The notes under the pieces were generated by a model that worked only from the letters and a program-made list of their open reading frames with translations, was not told where the DNA came from and ran no database searches. From a bacterium (lineage in GTDB: Bacteria > UBA8248 > JACPRG01 > G963555815): a DNA stretch of 64,000 bases. Both the position numbers and the translations under genes were made by a program. The DNA lies in NCBI GenBank assembly GCA_965218795.1, contig OZ244653.1:1728001-1792000 (forward strand). The letters run 5' to 3'. This document shows positions 49,581 to 60,285 of the stretch, piece by piece (position 1 is the first letter of the stretch; the number at the start of each line of letters is the position of its first letter).

Positions 49581-50543
49581 TCACATGCGATTGGATTCCA
49601 CTTCCCCAGGGGCCTGCGCCTTCAGGCAGGCATAGATGATATCGTGGATGGGGGTGGGCACGCCCGCCTCCTTCCCCAGTCGGACGGCCGCCCCCGCCAG
49701 GCTGTCGATTTCCAAGGGCTTCCCGGCCTCCAGATCCTTCTGAAGAGAGGACCGCATATCGGTTAGCCCCTCCGAAAAGGCAATCACTGTATCGACCGCG
49801 TCCGCCGGGAGGTTCACGCCGCGCGCGCGGGCGACGGCTTCCACCTCGCGGATGGCTGAGAAATAAAGGTCGCGGGTTTCGGGGAAATCCAGAACCCCCC
49901 GCAGGCCCTTCCGCGTCATGGCCGTCATCCCGCTCATGGGACAGATATAAAGGAATTTGCTCCAGAGCGCGGACGCAATGTCCTCCGCCAGCTCGACGGG
50001 TACGCCCGTTCGCTCAAGAAGGCCTCGAACGCTTTCCGCCCGATTCGAGATGCTCCCGTCCGCTTCGCCGAACACCATCCGTCTCGGACCGCCTACATGC
50101 CGCACGACCCCCGGAGATACGAGCGTCGCTTCAATGTAAACCGCCCCGGGGAGGATATCCGCACGGGCGCCCTTCTCGGCCAAGACCGCCGCGATTCGCT
50201 CCGCGCTGTCCACACCATTTTGAAGGGTCAGGACAAATGTGTCGCCGCCCAGCAGAGAAGGAAGCGCGGCGGCGGCTTCACGAGTATCCGGCCCCTTCAC
50301 CACAAACAGAACCCCGTCGACCGATCCGATTTCACCGGAATCTTCCGTCGCGTTGACGGCCTCCGGGGGGAGATGGAAACTTCCGGCGCCGCTCTCATCC
50401 GGCCCCTCGACCCGAAGGCCGGAATCCCGCATGGCGCGGATGTGATTCCCCCGGCCGATGAGGTGAATCTCTTCGCCGAGACGCGCCAGGAGTGCGCCAT
50501 AGTAAGCGCCGACCGCCCCCGCTCCCATCACAGCGATCTTCAC
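49581..50543 (-). CDS. panE: Ketopantoate reductase family protein
   Basis: GAGAVG, LQNG, WSK, SSLQKD and EID. Confidence 0.88.
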   Translation of the reverse strand: MKIAVMGAGAVGAYYGALLARLGEEIHLIGRGNHIRAMRDSGLRVEGPDESGAGSFHLPPEAVNATEDSGEIGSVDGVLFVVKGPDTREAAAALPSLLGGDTFVLTLQNGVDSAERIAAVLAEKGARADILPGAVYIEATLVSPGVVRHVGGPRRMVFGEADGSISNRAESVRGLLERTGVPVELAEDIASALWSKFLYICPMSGMTAMTRKGLRGVLDFPETRDLYFSAIREVEAVARARGVNLPADAVDTVIAFSEGLTDMRSSLQKDLEAGKPLEIDSLAGAAVRLGKEAGVPTPIHDIIYACLKAQAPGEVESNRM

Positions 50544-50570
50544 CCGAAGCTCTCCACGGCAGGCGCGATA

Positions 50571-51806
50571 TCACTTCTCCCGCCCTCGGACAAGCCGGCC
50601 ATTGTCCCAGGTCACCTTCCCGTTGCGAATGGTGTAGAGGACCGGACCCATGAATCGGATGGCCTGTTTGACGTTGGGCTGGCCGATGATCGTGAGATCC
50701 GCGCGGCAGCCTTCCTGGATCCCGTAATCCTTCAGTCCCATGGCCCTGGCGGCGTTCACCGTGACGGCGTCGTAGAGAAAATCGATCTCTTTCAGGGTCT
50801 GGGTCTGGATGGCGTGACCTAAAAACCAAGCGACCTCCAGCTGGTTCATCCGCCCGAAGGGGTAATAGAGGTCCTGCACGTCGTCCTGAGAGGAAAGGAC
50901 GTTGATCCCCAGGGCGCGCATCTCGCGCACCCGCATAATCCCCCGCCGAACCGGCTGGTCATCAAACCGGCCGTTCAGCATCACGTTGATGTGGGAGTTG
51001 CAGGAGAAATTGATTCGGGCCTGTCGGGCCAGACGGAGGATCTTATCGGCGTAGGAGTTGTTCCAGGAAGCCATCGCCTCGGAGTGACTGACGGTGACGT
51101 GGCCCCGGTATTTTGATTTGAGCGCCCTGACGGCCACGGCTTCGAGGGTCCGCGAGTTGGCGTCGTCCGTGTCATCGAGCAGGAAGTGGAGGTCCCTCTT
51201 GTATGTCTCGGCCATATCAAAGCAGATGTCGACGTGCCGGCGGGCGTCTTCGTCCGTCCATTCGAACCACGGGATTCCGCCCACAACGTCCGCCCCCATC
51301 TCCATGGCTTCGTGCATGAGATCCTCTGTACCCGGGTCGCAGACGATCCCCTCCTGGGGGAACGCCACCACCTCGATATCCACGATATCCGCGTAGCGCC
51401 GCTTGAGCTCGACCAGGCCCCGCACGGGCATGTTCCCCTTCCCGATCGTTCCTACGTCGGCGAACAGCCTCAGAAAGGTCGACCCGTACTGGACGGCCAG
51501 CTCCACCGCCGATGAGGCCCGCTTGCAGATGTCCTCGACCGTGTAGCGGGGCCGGAAGTAGAGCGTATTGCGAATCGCCTCGTCAAAGGTCCCTGAGACG
51601 TTGGGCTTGATTTCACCGAGCTGGCACTTATCCAAATGCGTATGGGCGTTGACGAAGGCCGGCGTGGTGAGATTGCCCTGGGCATTGATGGTTCGACGCG
51701 CTTTCCCGGATACCTTCCCCACGCGCTGAATGACGCCGTCCCGGATTCCGATGTCCAGCGTTCTCTTTTCGCCCCGCAGTTGGGCGTTCTTAATCAGTAG
51801 ATCCAT
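50571..51806 (-). CDS. Cytosine/creatinine deaminase-like amidohydrolase
   Basis: AHTHLDK, VAFPQEG, VVGGIP and QDDVQDLYYPFG. Confidence 0.88.
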   Translation of the reverse strand: MDLLIKNAQLRGEKRTLDIGIRDGVIQRVGKVSGKARRTINAQGNLTTPAFVNAHTHLDKCQLGEIKPNVSGTFDEAIRNTLYFRPRYTVEDICKRASSAVELAVQYGSTFLRLFADVGTIGKGNMPVRGLVELKRRYADIVDIEVVAFPQEGIVCDPGTEDLMHEAMEMGADVVGGIPWFEWTDEDARRHVDICFDMAETYKRDLHFLLDDTDDANSRTLEAVAVRALKSKYRGHVTVSHSEAMASWNNSYADKILRLARQARINFSCNSHINVMLNGRFDDQPVRRGIMRVREMRALGINVLSSQDDVQDLYYPFGRMNQLEVAWFLGHAIQTQTLKEIDFLYDAVTVNAARAMGLKDYGIQEGCRADLTIIGQPNVKQAIRFMGPVLYTIRNGKVTWDNGRLVRGREK

Positions 51807-51990
51807 TTTCAGGAGCTCTCCCCGCAGATGGAACCCAACCCCCAGCATCCTCCGAACGAGAACGCATGATTGCACAGCTGATATGGGAAAATTGCGGCAA
51901 GGACGAGTATAAGTTCGCGTGGGGAATTCTGTCAAAAGAAGGTTCGGGTTGAGACGGCGCCGTTGGACCTGCATGATGCGTCGGGATGGA

Positions 51991-53259
51991 TTACGCCGGT
52001 GAGACGATCTTCCCCAAAACCGCCGGGCGCCTGGCTCCGGTGATGGAGGGAACGTTCGCCGGAACGCCGAGTAATGCCGCCCGCGCCAGCAACGCGAACG
52101 AGACGGCTTCGACGGCGTGAGCGGGAATCCCCCGATCCTCCGACCGCACGACCTCGGCGTCTGGAAACTCCCTGCGAAGCCCGTCGATCAGAACCGGATT
52201 CCTCGCCCCCCCTCCGCAGACGACGACCTCTCCCGGAGGCGGCAGGAAACGTTTCACCTGCTTGCCGATCGAGCGTGTCGTGAACGCCGAGAGGGTCGCC
52301 AGAAAATCGCAGAAGGTCCGCGAACCGAACCGCATCGCCCGGAGCTCCCGCTGCCGAAGAAACACCTCGACGGCTTCTTTCAATGCGCGCGCGCCGAAGT
52401 CCTCCCGGCCCGTCGCCTTGGGCGGTCTCCGGCGAATGAAGGGATGGGCGATCAGGTGGCAGAGGAGCTTTTCATCCACCTGCCCCCGCGCCGCCATTCC
52501 GCCGTCCCGATCATGGCCCTCCCCTCCCCGGCTGTACTTCAGGACGGCGGCGTCGAGAAGCATGTTGGCCGGACCCGTATCGAATCCTTCCAGGCCGTCC
52601 AGGGCCTTCGTCCGCCCCCCGCTGAATCCCGCCGGCGCCCAGGTGACGTTGCAGATACCGCCCAGGTTGACGACGAGAACCGGATGGTCGCGCGCGGAAA
52701 AGAGGGTTCCGTGAGCGTAGGGAGTCAGCGGGGCGCCCAGTCCTCCTGCGGCGACGTCCGCGGGACGGAAGTCTCCCACGACCATGATCCCCGTCCGTTC
52801 CGCAATGACGGCCGGCTCGCCGATTTGGAAGGTTGCGTCGATCACCTTTCCGCCAAAGAGGGGCCGGTGACAGACCGTCTGCCCATGGGAGCCGATGGCC
52901 GACACCTTCTGCAAGGGGATACCGGCCGATTCCGCCACGCCGATGGCGGCCGCGGCGAAGCGCTCTCCCAGGTCATAGTGCAGCGACGTAAGCGCCGCGG
53001 TGGATTGCCCGGCCCGCGGCCGGCCCGCGGCCGGCGACTCGGAGGCCCCCAGGATGCGTGCGCGGAGCCCTTCCGAGAACGGGAAGGATCGGTGGGCGAT
53101 CAATTCTATGCGATACGCCGGGAACTTTTTCGAACGGGATTTCGAAATAGAAACCATCGAAGCCTCGATCCCGTCCGCCGAGGTCCCGGACATCAACCCG
53201 ATGAACAACCCCCTGCCATCGCTTTTCGAGTGGGGAGCATTAAACGCGGTCGGGCTCAC
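51991..53259 (-). CDS. anmK: Anhydro-N-acetylmuramic acid kinase
   Basis: GLMSGTSADG, GSHGQT, DFRPAD, FDTGPAN and CGGG. Confidence 0.95.
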   Translation of the reverse strand: MSPTAFNAPHSKSDGRGLFIGLMSGTSADGIEASMVSISKSRSKKFPAYRIELIAHRSFPFSEGLRARILGASESPAAGRPRAGQSTAALTSLHYDLGERFAAAAIGVAESAGIPLQKVSAIGSHGQTVCHRPLFGGKVIDATFQIGEPAVIAERTGIMVVGDFRPADVAAGGLGAPLTPYAHGTLFSARDHPVLVVNLGGICNVTWAPAGFSGGRTKALDGLEGFDTGPANMLLDAAVLKYSRGGEGHDRDGGMAARGQVDEKLLCHLIAHPFIRRRPPKATGREDFGARALKEAVEVFLRQRELRAMRFGSRTFCDFLATLSAFTTRSIGKQVKRFLPPPGEVVVCGGGARNPVLIDGLRREFPDAEVVRSEDRGIPAHAVEAVSFALLARAALLGVPANVPSITGARRPAVLGKIVSPA

Positions 53260-55607
53260 GGCCGGCCTTTCCCTCCGCCCCGCCGGGACGGTTTCAATGG
53301 ATCCGCCCCGTAGATGACCTGATACCAGCGGTAATAGGCCATCACCCTGCGGGTATACCGGCGGGTCTCGCGGTACGGAATCAAGGCAATGAATGAAGCC
53401 TCATCCAAATGGCCGTTGGCCTTCCACCATCTCCGGGCCGCATTGAACCCCGCATTGTAAGCGGCCACGGCGGGCACGGGATTCCCGCCAAAACGGGCGA
53501 CCAGACTTCCGAGAAACGCGCTGCCCAATCGGATATTGAGATCGGGATGGAACAGATCCTCGGGTGAAGGCTCCGGAAGGTTGAGCCGGCGGGCCAGACG
53601 GCGCGCCGTTTTCGGCATGAGCTGCATCAGCCCGCGGGCGCCGGCCGTGGAGATCCCCTTGGGATCGAAAAGACTCTCAGCCCGTGCAATGGCGCTGACC
53701 AGCAGCGGATCGACCGGGTTGCGAGACCCGTTCCCTTCCGCGTATCGCAACGCGCGACGGTCGAACGGATAAAGGATCCGCCAAAACTCCCGGGGCGGGG
53801 GACCGATCCCCAAGCGAGCCCGCCGGAACGCGAACCGCTCTAAAATCCGGAGCGCCTCTCCGTGATCCCTCGCCAAGTGAAGGAACCGCGCGCGCTGATA
53901 CAGGAAGTAACGGGATTCCAGACCGGGTCCCTGTAAAGCGTCCGCAGCAGGCCGGAACAATCCGGCCAGGAAGAGACGACCGGCCTCCTCGGCCGCCGAT
54001 CTCGATACACGGTTCCAGGTGGGCGGTCCCGGGAAACGCGAGGGCCCGGAGATTTCCCGGCCGTCCTGTTTCAATGCGACCCCAAGACGAAGGGCTCCCA
54101 GCTGGCCGTAATAGGAGGCCGGATCAGCGTCGCGTGTTAATCGGTAGTAGGTTTTGGCAACCGGGCGACCCGCCCGTTCGGCCGCCCTGCCGGCCCAATA
54201 CCGGGCGGCCTGGACAACAGCGGAACCTGCTCGGTCCCGCGCCAAGCGCGAGAGGGATTTCTCGGCTTGGGCATCACGACCGTTCCAATAATGGATCCAA
54301 CCCACTCGCCAGCGAGCCAAATCCCCCTGCCGGGTTGCCGGATGGCGGTTCGTCAGCTCCTGGTACAGCCGAAGGGCCTTCCCCAAGTGACCGTTGTCCT
54401 CAACGATCCGCGCCCGCAAATACAGAAATTGCCGCGCCCACGCGTTCCGGGGGTAATCCCGCAACAATTCATCGCCGACCTTGTGAAAATCTTTCAAGTC
54501 GTCCCGACGGAGATACGTTCGGGCAAGGTAGTAGAGGGCTTTCGGCGCCCATCTCCCCCCGCGGCCTTCGGATGCGGCCCACCGGAGACGCTCGGCCGCG
54601 TCCCTGTTGCGGCGGAGGAAGTAAGCGTCCAGCCCCAGATGGAATCCAACGGTGATGCTCAAGGATTTCGGGATCGCGCGCTCGCTCAGGACCCGCCAAG
54701 CCCGCGCGGCCTCGGCGATTTTTCGCGCCTTCTGAAGTTTCCTGGCTCGGGTCAGCAGTTCTTGCGTCGAAGGTCGAGGGGACTTGAAACCGCGCTTTCG
54801 AAGGTGGGCCAGCCGCATCTCAGAATTCCGTGCGGCCTCATCGATGGGGTGACGCAGCCAGATTTCATAATAAATCGGGACGGATTCGCCGGGGCGGCCC
54901 TCCTTTTCGAGGCATCGGGCCCTCCGGTACAGAAGCTTGGGCAGGTCCGGATGGCGGGGGTGATGGGTTCGCAAGTCCGCTGCCTTTTTTCCTCCCCTGC
55001 CGCAGTCCCCGACGGCAAACCAGGCCCGGGCGGCCCGGGCGCGGGCCATACCCGCCACGCGGCCCGATGCGGGCACCGACTCATACTTCCTCGCCGCCAT
55101 GCGGTGCCGACCCAACGCCTCCAAGGCCCGGGCCTCCAGCAAAAGAAGATGGGGGCGCAATTCCCGAAGAACAGATTTTTTCTCCTGATTCACCTTTTTC
55201 AAGACTCGCAGGCTTTCCGATGGCCGTCCGGCTTCCAGAAAGGCTCGGGCTACAATGATCCGGGCGTTGAATATCCACGCGCCCCCGTCGTTCTCCGCCC
55301 CGCCGGCGGCCGTCAACCGCTGTATAAACTTCACGGCGGACAAAGCGGCCTCTTCGTACCCGCCATTGGCAAGGAAGGTCAATGCTGCGGCAATTTGCTT
55401 CGGAACGCTTCTGGGCCCTTCCGGCAATGAGATTCGGGACCATCCCTTTGGCTCACGGTCCGAAGGAACCTTGTGAGAGGGGACGACCGCAGGTGTGGGC
55501 GGAGAGTCTTCCGCGGCAGCCCCTCGGGGGGATAGCGCGTTTCCACCCATCAGGACCATGAAGCCGATCAGAACAGAAACGAGTCGATGATGGGTCACGT
55601 TAGACAA
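53256..55607 (-). CDS. slt: Soluble lytic transglycosylase (Slt70-like) with TPRs
   Basis: IARAES, GLMQLMP, AYNAG and ETRRY. Confidence 0.9.
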   Translation of the reverse strand: MSNVTHHRLVSVLIGFMVLMGGNALSPRGAAAEDSPPTPAVVPSHKVPSDREPKGWSRISLPEGPRSVPKQIAAALTFLANGGYEEAALSAVKFIQRLTAAGGAENDGGAWIFNARIIVARAFLEAGRPSESLRVLKKVNQEKKSVLRELRPHLLLLEARALEALGRHRMAARKYESVPASGRVAGMARARAARAWFAVGDCGRGGKKAADLRTHHPRHPDLPKLLYRRARCLEKEGRPGESVPIYYEIWLRHPIDEAARNSEMRLAHLRKRGFKSPRPSTQELLTRARKLQKARKIAEAARAWRVLSERAIPKSLSITVGFHLGLDAYFLRRNRDAAERLRWAASEGRGGRWAPKALYYLARTYLRRDDLKDFHKVGDELLRDYPRNAWARQFLYLRARIVEDNGHLGKALRLYQELTNRHPATRQGDLARWRVGWIHYWNGRDAQAEKSLSRLARDRAGSAVVQAARYWAGRAAERAGRPVAKTYYRLTRDADPASYYGQLGALRLGVALKQDGREISGPSRFPGPPTWNRVSRSAAEEAGRLFLAGLFRPAADALQGPGLESRYFLYQRARFLHLARDHGEALRILERFAFRRARLGIGPPPREFWRILYPFDRRALRYAEGNGSRNPVDPLLVSAIARAESLFDPKGISTAGARGLMQLMPKTARRLARRLNLPEPSPEDLFHPDLNIRLGSAFLGSLVARFGGNPVPAVAAYNAGFNAARRWWKANGHLDEASFIALIPYRETRRYTRRVMAYYRWYQVIYGADPLKPSRRGGGKGRP

Positions 55608-56103
55608 CGGGATTCAGCGGAGGCGGCGCGAACAGAATGGGCATGGACTCCTCGAAGCGGGACGGCGAAATCCCATGAACCCGTCCATTATCCCTCGGGG
55701 CCCTGGATCCGGCAAGCTGAGGAGACCCTCCGAACATCCCCCGATCACCTCAGATGACGGACGCTTCGCCGCTGGTCCCGGCGGATCATGCGGGGCGGGC
55801 TTCCAGCTGTCTTCGGCAGGCGTCCGGGACCGTCGCCCTTCCCAGTCCAGGCCGAGGCAGGCCGACCCCGTTTTCAGAGGATGGAAGCGGTGAATCATTC
55901 TCCATGTCTTCATCCAGCCGACCGCGGCGCCCGAAAATCGCCATGAAAGCACAGTGGCTCGCTGCCTCGAGCTTCCCCGGGAGGATCACCATCAACTCCG
56001 GCATCCCTGGAACCGGGAACAAATCAGCTTTCTCACCATTGACTTTCCGGCCCCTCGTTGCTACGTTTTCCTTTTGGATAGCTGTCGCAAATCGAGAGGA
56101 TAC

Positions 56104-56799
56104 GTGCCTACTGTTACAGACCTTTCCAAAGGCGGCATTTGGGGTCTGATCTCCCATTCTGGACCAGTCGTCCAGTTGGTCCTTCTGATTCTCGTCGCCT
56201 TCTCCGTCGTCTCTTGGGCCATCATCATCTCCAAGTCCCTCTCCCTGAGGGGGGCCCGGGATCAGTCTCGCGAGTTCCTGAACGCGTTCTGGAAGAACCA
56301 GCGGCTGGATGCCTTGTATGAGCAGTCCGAGGAATGGATGGACAGTCCCGTCTGCAAGGTGTTCCGGGCGGGGTACAGGGAACTCTCGCGGTCACACGAC
56401 GCCGTGACCAAGGCGCAGCCCGAGACGGACGTCGCCGTGGCGAATGTGGGTCGCGCGATGTCGCGGACCCATAACCTCGAAGCCACCCGGCTGGATCGGT
56501 CGCTGACGTTTCTGGCGACCACCGGAAGCGCCGCCCCGTTCATCGGGCTGTTCGGCACCGTTTGGGGGATAATGAACGCCTTCCGCGGGATCGGGCGTAC
56601 CGGAGCGGCCAGTCTGGCGGTCGTGGCGCCCGGCATCAGCGAGGCGCTCATCGCCACCGCGGTTGGGCTCGCGGCGGCCATACCTGCGGTGATTGCATAC
56701 AACGCCTTCAACCGGCGGTCGGAAACGCTGACGACGGAGATGGAAAACTTTCACGCGGAGTTCCTGAACCTGGTCGAGAGGTACTGCGCGACCCGATAA
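56104..56799 (+). CDS. tolQ: TolQ
   Basis: PFIGLFGTVWGIM and APGISEALIATA. Confidence 0.95.
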   Translation: MPTVTDLSKGGIWGLISHSGPVVQLVLLILVAFSVVSWAIIISKSLSLRGARDQSREFLNAFWKNQRLDALYEQSEEWMDSPVCKVFRAGYRELSRSHDAVTKAQPETDVAVANVGRAMSRTHNLEATRLDRSLTFLATTGSAAPFIGLFGTVWGIMNAFRGIGRTGAASLAVVAPGISEALIATAVGLAAAIPAVIAYNAFNRRSETLTTEMENFHAEFLNLVERYCATR

Positions 56800-56829
56800 G
56801 TCGAAGCCCTCGGGCGAAAGGCTCCCCTC

Positions 56830-57246
56830 ATGGCGGTCCAACTCAAGAAAAGCCGCGCAATATCGGACATCAACGTAACCCCTTTCGTGGACGTCATGTT
56901 GGTGCTGCTGATCATTTTCATGGTTACGGCTCCGATGCTCCAGCAGGGAGTCGATGTCGACCTGCCGGCCGTTAACGCCCGAGAGCTGCCGCTTGACGCC
57001 GAGCAGCTCATCGTTTCGGTCACCCAGGACCGGCGCGTATTCCTCAACCGAGCGCCCTTGTCGATCCCCCAGCTTCAGGAGAAGCTGGGGGCCATTTACA
57101 AGGGAAAACCCAATCGGGAAGTGTTTCTCCGGGCTGACAAGGACGTCCCCTACGGCTTTGTGGTCCGCACCATGGCCGCCATCCGGGCCAGCGGGATCCA
57201 CCGCGTGGGGATGGTGACGGAGGCGGCTTCCGTTCGAACGCCATGA
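56830..57246 (+). CDS. tolR: TolR
   Basis: INVTPFVDVMLVLLIIFM and RADKDVPYG. Confidence 0.95.
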   Translation: MAVQLKKSRAISDINVTPFVDVMLVLLIIFMVTAPMLQQGVDVDLPAVNARELPLDAEQLIVSVTQDRRVFLNRAPLSIPQLQEKLGAIYKGKPNREVFLRADKDVPYGFVVRTMAAIRASGIHRVGMVTEAASVRTP

Positions 57247-58178
57247 ACTACGACGACCCCGAACCCAAGACCCGCTGGAGAATAATGATTGGGGTGTCCC
57301 TGGCCATCCACATCATCATCATCGGCGGCGCCGTCATGCTGGCATCCGGCTCCGCTCCCCGCCGTTCGCTGTACGCTCCTTCGATCAGCGTGGGTCTCTA
57401 CGGACCGGGTAAGCTCGGCCCTCCCGGAGGGGCTGGAGATCCCGCAGGCCAACCGCCGGCAGCGGAGAGCGAGCCGGCTCCGTCTCCAGTCGAAGAGAAA
57501 GCCGGCCCCCCCAAACCGGAGAAGGCGAAACCGGCTCCGCCAAAGGTGACCCCGGCAGCCACCCCACCGAAGAAGGCGCTCCCTCCCAAGGAAGTCGTTC
57601 GGGTTCCGAAGAAGACTCCGACCCGAAAGAAGGCTGTGAAGAAGCGGGACGCCCCGCCGAGAAAGAAGATCCCGCCGAAGAAGGCGGCCAAGCCCAGGCA
57701 GCGGCCCAAACCCAAAAGCGTATCCCGCCCGTCCAAAAAGCTCAAAAGGAAGAGATCGCTCAATACGAAGGAACTGGATCAGCTGGCGAAAATCCGAAAG
57801 AGACTCTCGGCTCGGGCGAGCCGACCCGGCACAGGCGGCTCGGGACGAGAGGGACCGGGAGGAGGAAACGGTGGCCTTCCCGGGGGAAGAAATGCGTACA
57901 AGAACGAACTGGCGCGGATTTTCTACGATGCCTGGGTGCTTCCCGACTCACTGCGCGACAAGGGGCTGAAAGCCACCCTTGTCTTGCAGATCGACCGGGG
58001 CGGGCTAATCCTGGAAACTGTCATCCTGGAGTCTTCAGGGAACCGGCTGTTCGACGAATCCGTAATGCGCGCGGTCGGCAAAGTGAAAACCGGCGGCGTG
58101 CCGCCTTTGCCTCCGGAAATTCCGGAGGGTATCCTCGAACAGGGATTCATCTTCGACCCAAAATATCTCCGGCAATGA
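57243..58178 (+). CDS. tolA: TolA/TonB-like energy transducer
   Basis: TM helix with SLAIH, Pro/Lys-rich stalk, SSGNRLFDES; operon position. Confidence 0.85.
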   Translation: MNYDDPEPKTRWRIMIGVSLAIHIIIIGGAVMLASGSAPRRSLYAPSISVGLYGPGKLGPPGGAGDPAGQPPAAESEPAPSPVEEKAGPPKPEKAKPAPPKVTPAATPPKKALPPKEVVRVPKKTPTRKKAVKKRDAPPRKKIPPKKAAKPRQRPKPKSVSRPSKKLKRKRSLNTKELDQLAKIRKRLSARASRPGTGGSGREGPGGGNGGLPGGRNAYKNELARIFYDAWVLPDSLRDKGLKATLVLQIDRGGLILETVILESSGNRLFDESVMRAVGKVKTGGVPPLPPEIPEGILEQGFIFDPKYLRQ

Positions 58179-59524
58179 ATCGATTCGAAGACCGCACCCA
58201 CAAGCGAAGTTCACTGATTGGGCTGGCCCTTGCCTGCTGGGCCTGCTGGGCCGTTTTCTGGTTGGCCGGATCCAGCCCGCTTCATGCGCAACCCAAGGAC
58301 TTCATCATCATAGGCCCGGGGGGAGGACGGCAACTGCCGCTGGCCGTCGGCGCGTTTCGGGATATGGGCGCCACTCCATCCGACACCCCGCTGGGACTGA
58401 AAATCACGCAAGTCATCACCGATGACCTCGAGGCCACGGGGCTGTTTCGCATCCTGGACCCTGTCACGTTTCTGGAAGACCCCCTGTCGAGCGGAATTGT
58501 TCCGGAACAGATCGATTTCCGAAGCTGGAGCGCAATCGGCACCGAAGCCTTGATCAAGGGCGGATTTCGAATTCAAGGAGACCGCCTCGAGGTGGAGGCC
58601 CGTCTGTTCGAGGTGGTCCGCAGCGGCATGACAGTCGGGAAAAAATACGTCGGAAGACCTGAAGATTTTCGCCGCATCGCCCATAGCTTTGCCAACGAGG
58701 TCATCCGGCACTTTACAGGAGAGCCGGGAGCCTTCGATACGCAGATCGCTTACGTGTCCCGAAGGCGGGGAAGCAAAGAGATTTTCCTGATGGATTATGA
58801 CGGATACGCGCCGCGGCAGTTTACCCGAAACCGAACGATCAACCTCAAGCCCGCGTGGTCTCCGGACGGAAGGAAGCTGGCCTACACCTCTTACCGCGAG
58901 CGCCGTCCGTCCGTCTTCGTAGCGGACGTCCGAAAGGGCGGGAGCCGGCGACTTCCCCTTCAGGCGGATATGGCGACCGGAGCCGTCTGGTCGCCGGACG
59001 GATCCCTGATGGCCGTCGCGCTCAGTCGGCGCGGAAATACCGACCTGCATCTATTGAATCCGCAAGGGAAACCTCTCCGAAGGCTGACCAGCCACTTCGC
59101 CATTGACGTGGACCCGGCCTGGTCCCCCGACGGCAAGACCCTGGCCTTCACATCGAACCGATCCGGCTCCCCCCAGATCTACCTCGTCGAAGTCTCAGGC
59201 AGGAATGTCCGCCGAATCACCTTCGAAGGCCGTTATAACAGCTCCCCGGTATGGTCTCCGAAGGGTGATCTCATCGTCTTCAACGGCATCACAAAGAAAG
59301 AGTTCAAGCTGTTTTCCATACGGCCCGACGGGACGCGTCTACGAAGGCTGACCTCGTTGAAAGGGGAGCAGTCTGATCCCTCATGGTCTCCCGATGGAAG
59401 GTTCTTGGCCTTCACACTGGAAAGGGAGAAGAAATCCGTCTACTTACTGAATGTGGCCACCGGTTGGCTGCGCCTCCTCGGAAGGGGAGAAAGTCCGGCT
59501 TGGTCCCCCCGGATGAAAAATTAA
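58175..59524 (+). CDS. tolB: TolB
   Basis: Repeated PAWSPDG propeller motifs; TQIAYV. Confidence 0.95.
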   Translation: MNRFEDRTHKRSSLIGLALACWACWAVFWLAGSSPLHAQPKDFIIIGPGGGRQLPLAVGAFRDMGATPSDTPLGLKITQVITDDLEATGLFRILDPVTFLEDPLSSGIVPEQIDFRSWSAIGTEALIKGGFRIQGDRLEVEARLFEVVRSGMTVGKKYVGRPEDFRRIAHSFANEVIRHFTGEPGAFDTQIAYVSRRRGSKEIFLMDYDGYAPRQFTRNRTINLKPAWSPDGRKLAYTSYRERRPSVFVADVRKGGSRRLPLQADMATGAVWSPDGSLMAVALSRRGNTDLHLLNPQGKPLRRLTSHFAIDVDPAWSPDGKTLAFTSNRSGSPQIYLVEVSGRNVRRITFEGRYNSSPVWSPKGDLIVFNGITKKEFKLFSIRPDGTRLRRLTSLKGEQSDPSWSPDGRFLAFTLEREKKSVYLLNVATGWLRLLGRGESPAWSPRMKN

Positions 59525-59654
59525 TGAAATGGTTTGCGTTTCGCCCTGTATCGCATGATATTATGTATGTTATGCTTGAAGCGACCTTGGATGCGACGCC
59601 TCTGGGTGCTGATCATGCAAACTACAATGAAATTAGAAATTAGGAGAAGATTCA

Positions 59655-60239
59655 ATGCGGATGATTGGAGTTCGAGGACGCATCCCGTTTCTTATGGTCG
59701 CGGGACTGGCTGTCTTTCTGGTGGGTTGTCCCAAGAAAGCGCCGGTCCCGGTCAAACCGGCTGAACCCGCAAAACCTGCGGAGGCTCCAGTCGCCCGCCC
59801 GGCGGTGCCCAAGCCCCCTCCGACACCGATACCGGCCCCTCAGATGAAGGTTGAAGATGAAGACGCCAAAAAGGCCCGTGAATTTCAGCAAGCCATGCGT
59901 CTGTTTGAGAGTGAACTGATTCATTTCGATTTCGATCGCTCCGAGATCAAAAATCGTTACAAACCGGTCCTCAACCACAAGGCGTCTTTCCTGAAAAGCT
60001 ATCCCAACGCTCGAATCCAGATTGAAGGCCACTGCGACGAGCGCGGCTCGGTCCAGTACAACCTGGCACTGGGAGATCGTCGGGCCAACAGCGCGAAGGC
60101 CTACTTGGTTGCGTTAGGCATCTCAGCCGATCGAATCTCCACCATCAGCTTCGGAGAAGAACGTCCGGTGGATTCCGGAAACAACGAGGAAGCCTGGGCC
60201 AAGAACCGCCGGGACAGGTTTGTTATCGTCGGTCAGTAG
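59655..60239 (+). CDS. pal: Peptidoglycan-associated lipoprotein
   Basis: LVGC lipobox; FDFD, EGHCDERG, YNLALG and KNRR. Confidence 0.96.
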   Translation: MRMIGVRGRIPFLMVAGLAVFLVGCPKKAPVPVKPAEPAKPAEAPVARPAVPKPPPTPIPAPQMKVEDEDAKKAREFQQAMRLFESELIHFDFDRSEIKNRYKPVLNHKASFLKSYPNARIQIEGHCDERGSVQYNLALGDRRANSAKAYLVALGISADRISTISFGEERPVDSGNNEEAWAKNRRDRFVIVGQ

Positions 60240-60285
60240 GACTCGTGATCGCTCCTGACCCCAGCTCCTGAAGGGTGTACACACC

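Noticed and set aside
55610-56100. Possible ncRNA or riboswitch in the slt-tolQ intergenic region
   Set aside because: No recognisable motif or convincing extended structure; likely divergent promoters.
57450-57770. Pro/Lys-rich quasi-repeats
   Set aside because: Ordinary low-complexity TolA stalk.
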